Below are positions 50,874-54,842 of a DNA stretch of 54,842 nucleotides, in pieces. Location: assembly GCA_015232645.1 (NCBI GenBank), contig JADFZF010000003.1:1-54842 (forward strand), in the 5' to 3' direction. The stretch is from Magnetococcales bacterium. GTDB lineage: Bacteria; Pseudomonadota; Magnetococcia; Magnetococcales; UBA8363. The position numbers were made by a program, and so were the translations under genes. The notes below the pieces were generated by a model. That model did no database searches. It saw only the letters and a list, made by a program, of their open reading frames with translations, and had not been told where the DNA came from. Position 1 is the first letter of the stretch, and each line of letters begins with the position of its first letter.

Positions 50874-52784
50874 ATGGATCAATGGGGAATGAATACCATG
50901 TCCAAAAAAGTTAGCATGTTAGCCTTAGCTGCCGCCTTCACCATCGGTATCGGTGCCTGCGGCGGTGGCGGTGGAAGTTCGTCTTCCTCCTCCTCGGGAA
51001 CCGTCGCAGGTGTCGCCCTGGACGGACCGGTCACCAGCGGTAACATCATCGTCTACAACGCCGATGGTACCACCTGCTCCGGCGCCGCGACTTCCACCAA
51101 CTCCAGCGCCAATTTCTCCCTGAGCATTCCCTCCACCTGCACCCTGCCGGTCTCCCTGGAACTCTCCGGTGGTACCGACATCGTGCACAGCAATCTCAGC
51201 TCCACCTATCCGCAACCCAACATGCGGTCCATCATCGCCAACACCTCGCAGACGGTGGCCAACATCTCGCCCTTCTCGACCCTTATTTTCTACTCTCTCG
51301 TCAAGGGCAACGGCAATAACCTCACTGCTGCCGGCCTGACGACCAGCAACACCGCCTCCAACATCGCGACCAGTGCCTCTTCCGTGTTGCAATCGTTCGG
51401 ATTCGGCGCCGACCTGAAAACCGATGGGACTTCGGACAACTCGTTCAACCCCATCACCGGCATCCTGGGCTCCACCAATCTCGCTACCTTCACCAACGCC
51501 AGTGAAGCCCTCTCCGAAACCATTCGCCGCGTCGCCAAAGCGGCCGGGGGTGTAACCCTAAGCAACGTCGCCATGATCTTCCAATACCTCGGACAAGACC
51601 TCTCCGACGGTACTATGGACGGCAACATGGGCTCTTCGACCATCACTTCAGGCATTTCCGGCTTCAGCATGGCCAACATCCGTGCCTACGCCCAATCCAA
51701 TGCCCTGTTCGTGTTGAACGAAATGTTCTCTACCACTGGTCTGACCATCACCGACCAATCAGGGAACCAAAAATCGGCTCTGAACGCCATCAAAACCGCG
51801 ACGAGCACGGTCAACTCCGGCGCCACTGTCAGCTTCGACAGCGTCAAACCCGGAACCAATGTGGCCTCCCAATGGTCCAATGCCAAAACGACCGCCCTGG
51901 CTCTTCTTGGTCTAAGCAGCCTTTCCGATCTGGGTATCTCTTCTGACCTGACAACCTCCACCGCCATCAGCAGCCGCGGTGCGTTGACCGTCAATTCCAC
52001 CCAGGCCAACAACGTCGCCGATCAAAGCAAGGTATCCACCTATTCGGGCAATGTCCAAAATGCCAACAATGCTTTTGTTGGAACATCCTCCTTCAACGTG
52101 AACCTCAGCTCCATCACGTTGACCGACTACCCGAACAACACTGCCACGACACTGACTCCATCCACTCCGAGCATCTCTTCTAGTGTGATGACGGTTTCCC
52201 TGCCCACCAGCAGCAGTGTCAGCGCCAGCAACCTGGGCATGTTGAACAGCACCAGTGCCGGAACCGCCTCGGCGACACCACCGGTTCTGAACTTCACCCT
52301 GAAAAACACTCCTGCTGGCACCGGTACCGCCGGAGTCACCATGACCCTCTTGGATGGCAGCAACAGCACCAGGGACTCGGGAGAACGCTACATTTCCGCG
52401 ACGTTCAACCTCCCGTGGAGCAGCAACGGCACCACCCTAACCCTGACCGACGCCTCCTCGGCTTCGGTGAGCTACTATTCCGCCACCTCCACCTCGCCTA
52501 CTTCAGCCTCTCTGTCTCAAAGTGCTTTGGGAAGCCTGATGGTCACTTCTTCGGGAAGCAGCCAAAGCGCCACCAGCAGCACTCTCAAGCTGAAGATTGC
52601 CCAGCTCTTCAATACTGCGGCAACCAGCGGCAATTCCAATCTGGCCACAGCCATGACCTCTGGCACGCCTGCAGGGTCGTATTACTACTCAGTCAGTTTC
52701 AGCGGGATCTCCCTTGCTGCCACCGACTCCAGCAGCAATACCTCGGCCTTCAGCTCGGTTCAAGGTACCTTTACTGTCAAGTAA
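50874..52784 (+). CDS. Ser/Thr-rich surface lipoprotein (candidate S-layer/adhesin)
   Basis: AAAGGAG RBS; lipobox IGA-C followed by GGGGGSSSSSSSG; GVALDGPV..ANISPFSTL N-terminal beta domain; strong bias to C-ending codons; few charged residues. Confidence 0.85.
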   Translation: MDQWGMNTMSKKVSMLALAAAFTIGIGACGGGGGSSSSSSSGTVAGVALDGPVTSGNIIVYNADGTTCSGAATSTNSSANFSLSIPSTCTLPVSLELSGGTDIVHSNLSSTYPQPNMRSIIANTSQTVANISPFSTLIFYSLVKGNGNNLTAAGLTTSNTASNIATSASSVLQSFGFGADLKTDGTSDNSFNPITGILGSTNLATFTNASEALSETIRRVAKAAGGVTLSNVAMIFQYLGQDLSDGTMDGNMGSSTITSGISGFSMANIRAYAQSNALFVLNEMFSTTGLTITDQSGNQKSALNAIKTATSTVNSGATVSFDSVKPGTNVASQWSNAKTTALALLGLSSLSDLGISSDLTTSTAISSRGALTVNSTQANNVADQSKVSTYSGNVQNANNAFVGTSSFNVNLSSITLTDYPNNTATTLTPSTPSISSSVMTVSLPTSSSVSASNLGMLNSTSAGTASATPPVLNFTLKNTPAGTGTAGVTMTLLDGSNSTRDSGERYISATFNLPWSSNGTTLTLTDASSASVSYYSATSTSPTSASLSQSALGSLMVTSSGSSQSATSSTLKLKIAQLFNTAATSGNSNLATAMTSGTPAGSYYYSVSFSGISLAATDSSSNTSAFSSVQGTFTVK

Positions 52785-52803
52785 AGGGCGAAAATCGCCA
52801 CCC

Positions 52804-52836
52804 AAAAGAGGCGCACTTGTGCGCCTCTTTTTTTTT
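52804..52836 (+). terminator. Rho-independent terminator
   Basis: AAAAGAGGCGCA-CTTG-TGCGCCTC followed by T9, 20 bp after the lipoprotein stop codon. Confidence 0.92.
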
Positions 52837-52934
52837 CTCAACGTCTATCCGGGTTGTTTTTTTAGGGTTTAGACGGTTTCACAGGGACCAGCTTCTGGAA
52901 TGGGCCTGGAGAGGGACCCATGCCATCCCGGAAA

Positions 52935-54842
52935 CTGGTCCGAGCCTTCACCTTCCTATCTGGACTTTCTTCATAGGAATACATAAAAATCGTTTAGAAA
53001 CAGCCGAATGACATGTAATATCCGTGCAACATGTACCCATGTAAATGTTTATTTTATCGTTGATATTGAGTGCGTACATGCGCCAACATGAGGACATGTA
53101 TATTAATCGCGTCCCCAATCGAAACTCGCCTCCTGCCGTTCTGCTGCGGGAGAGTCGCCGTGATGGCACCAGGACCATCAAGCGGACGGTAGCCAATCTG
53201 ATCGGCCTGCCCGATGAGATGATTGAGGCGTTGCGGATGTGCTGAAGGGGGGCCGGGTCATTCCCATGGAAACCGCCTTGAGCATCGAAAACTCCCTGCC
53301 TCACGGCCATGTAGCTGCCGTCGCCGGGGTGATGAAATCCCTGGGGTTGAAGGGGTTGATGAGCCGGGATGATGAAAGGAAGCGGGATCTGGTTCTGGCC
53401 ATGATTGCCCAGAGGGTGTTGGAACCCGCATCCAAGCTGGCGACGCACCGTCTGTTCAACGCGTCTACTCTTGGAACTACCTTTGGGGTGGAGGATGCCA
53501 ACAAGGAGGAGTTGTACAAGGCCTTGGACTGGCTGGCCGGACAACAGACCGAATCGAGCAACGGTTGGTCAAGGAGCACCTGAAGGATGGCTCCATGGTG
53601 TTGTTCGATCTGACCTCCAGTTATCTGGAGGGTAGGCAATGCGAACTGGCCGAATACGGTTACAGCCGGGATCACAGGCCGGACCGCCTGCAGATCGAGA
53701 TTGGCCTGTTGACCGACCGGGAAGGCCGGCCTTTGGCTGTTCGGGTTTTCCCCGGCAATACCGGTGATCCCAAGACGCTGAGCCAGCAGGTAGAGGATTT
53801 GAAAAACCGATTTGGCCTCAAGAGCATCATCGTCGTCGGCGACCGGGGCATGATCACCCAGGCCCGCATCGATACCGACCTCAAACCCAACGGTTACTCC
53901 TGGATGACCGCTCTACGTCACAACACCATACGCAAGTTGGCCCAACAGAACGCATGGCCCACTCTGTTCGATGATCGCCATTTCGCCGAGATCACTTCGC
54001 CCGATTTTCCGGAGGAGCGGCTCATGGTCTGCCGCAATCCCTTCCTGGCAGAGGATCAGGAACGTTCCCGGCGGGAATTGTTGGCGGTGGCGGAACAACG
54101 CCTGGAAGAGATCCGGCAATCGGTTGCGGAAGGTTCCCTTTGCGATTGCGGCAAGATCGGCAAACTGGCCGACCGGATTCTTCACAAACTCAAGATTGTC
54201 CGCTATTTCAAGCTGGATGTCGCTCAGGGACGTTTTTCCTGGTCGCGCCACCAGGAACTTATCGATGAAGAAACCGCCCTGGATGGAATCTATGTGCTAC
54301 GGACCAACCTGACAACTGACCAGGCCGAGTCCGCCGAAACCATCCGGCATTACAATTCCCTTTCCCAAGTGGAACGCGCTTTCCGGCATCTGAAAAGCTC
54401 CCTGGATATCAGGCCCATCTTTCACTTCCGTGAAGACCGCATCCGGGCGCATGTTTTCCTGTGCATGCTGGCCTACCGGGTGGAATGGGAGATGCGCCGC
54501 CGTCTCAAGCCGTTGTTGTTTGCTGATGAAATTTCTCAAATACCGCCTGACCCGGTACTGCCCGCAAAACCTTCTGAGCACGCAAAAACCAAGACAGGAA
54601 CCAGGAAATCCGACTCAGGCTTCCCTTTGCAGAGCTTCCGCACGCTTCTGGCGCAGCTCGCCATACTGACCAGGAATACCGTACGGGCTCAGTGGGAAGC
54701 CGCAAAGAAACATCCCTTTGAAATGCTCTCCAGCATGACTCCATTCCAGGAGGAAACTTTCCGCCTATGGATGCGAGAACGCTGGATGGGGTTGGATTGA
54801 CAACCCTGCAAAATTTTTGGATCAAGCATGCCCGGCAATGCG
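52935..54842 (+). mobile_element. IS1634-family insertion sequence (right end not identified in window)
   Basis: Contains an IS1634-type DDE transposase. Left end is tentatively placed at CTGGTCCGAG (52935); no matching right IR was seen before the window ends. Confidence 0.7.
53096..54800 (+). pseudogene. IS1634-family transposase, two frameshifts
   Basis: MYINRVPNRNSPPAVLLRES, HGHVAAV, FDLTSSYLEG, GYSRD, VGDRGMI, VERAFRHLKS, RIRAHVFLCMLAY; frame changes near 53239 and 53549. Confidence 0.9.

Overview
A gene-dense, moderately GC-rich proteobacterial chromosome segment. The gene set and repeat style suggest Magnetococcales-like magnetotactic cocci, but this is an inference, not a database result. 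Housekeeping genes: rlmD, prmA, tRNA-Phe, pgeF, rpsF-priB-rpsR-DUF2232-rplI with an S6:S18 leader, maeB, an aas-like gene, aspS and gltX. Accessory blocks: a GT11/SGNH/GT4 surface-glycan cluster; a CHASE/multi-PAS hybrid kinase followed by a membrane-anchored PAS + DEDDh exonuclease; a frameshifted SNF2 helicase-SWIM pair; a split PelA (hydrolase and deacetylase as two genes) divergent from a TPR protein; a tetraheme cytochrome c + NrfC-like Fe-S pair with no NrfD; a heme-c/PAS/GAF kinase with an HD-GYP regulator; a Ser/Thr-rich surface lipoprotein that looks highly expressed; and a frameshifted IS1634-type element. Notable non-coding features are a ~300-bp fold-back element (45484-45787), two smaller inverted-repeat elements, and an unexplained ~750-bp structured gap inside the ribosomal protein operon. 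No CRISPR array, rRNA or magnetosome gene was seen. All calls come from motif recognition by eye; no searches were run.
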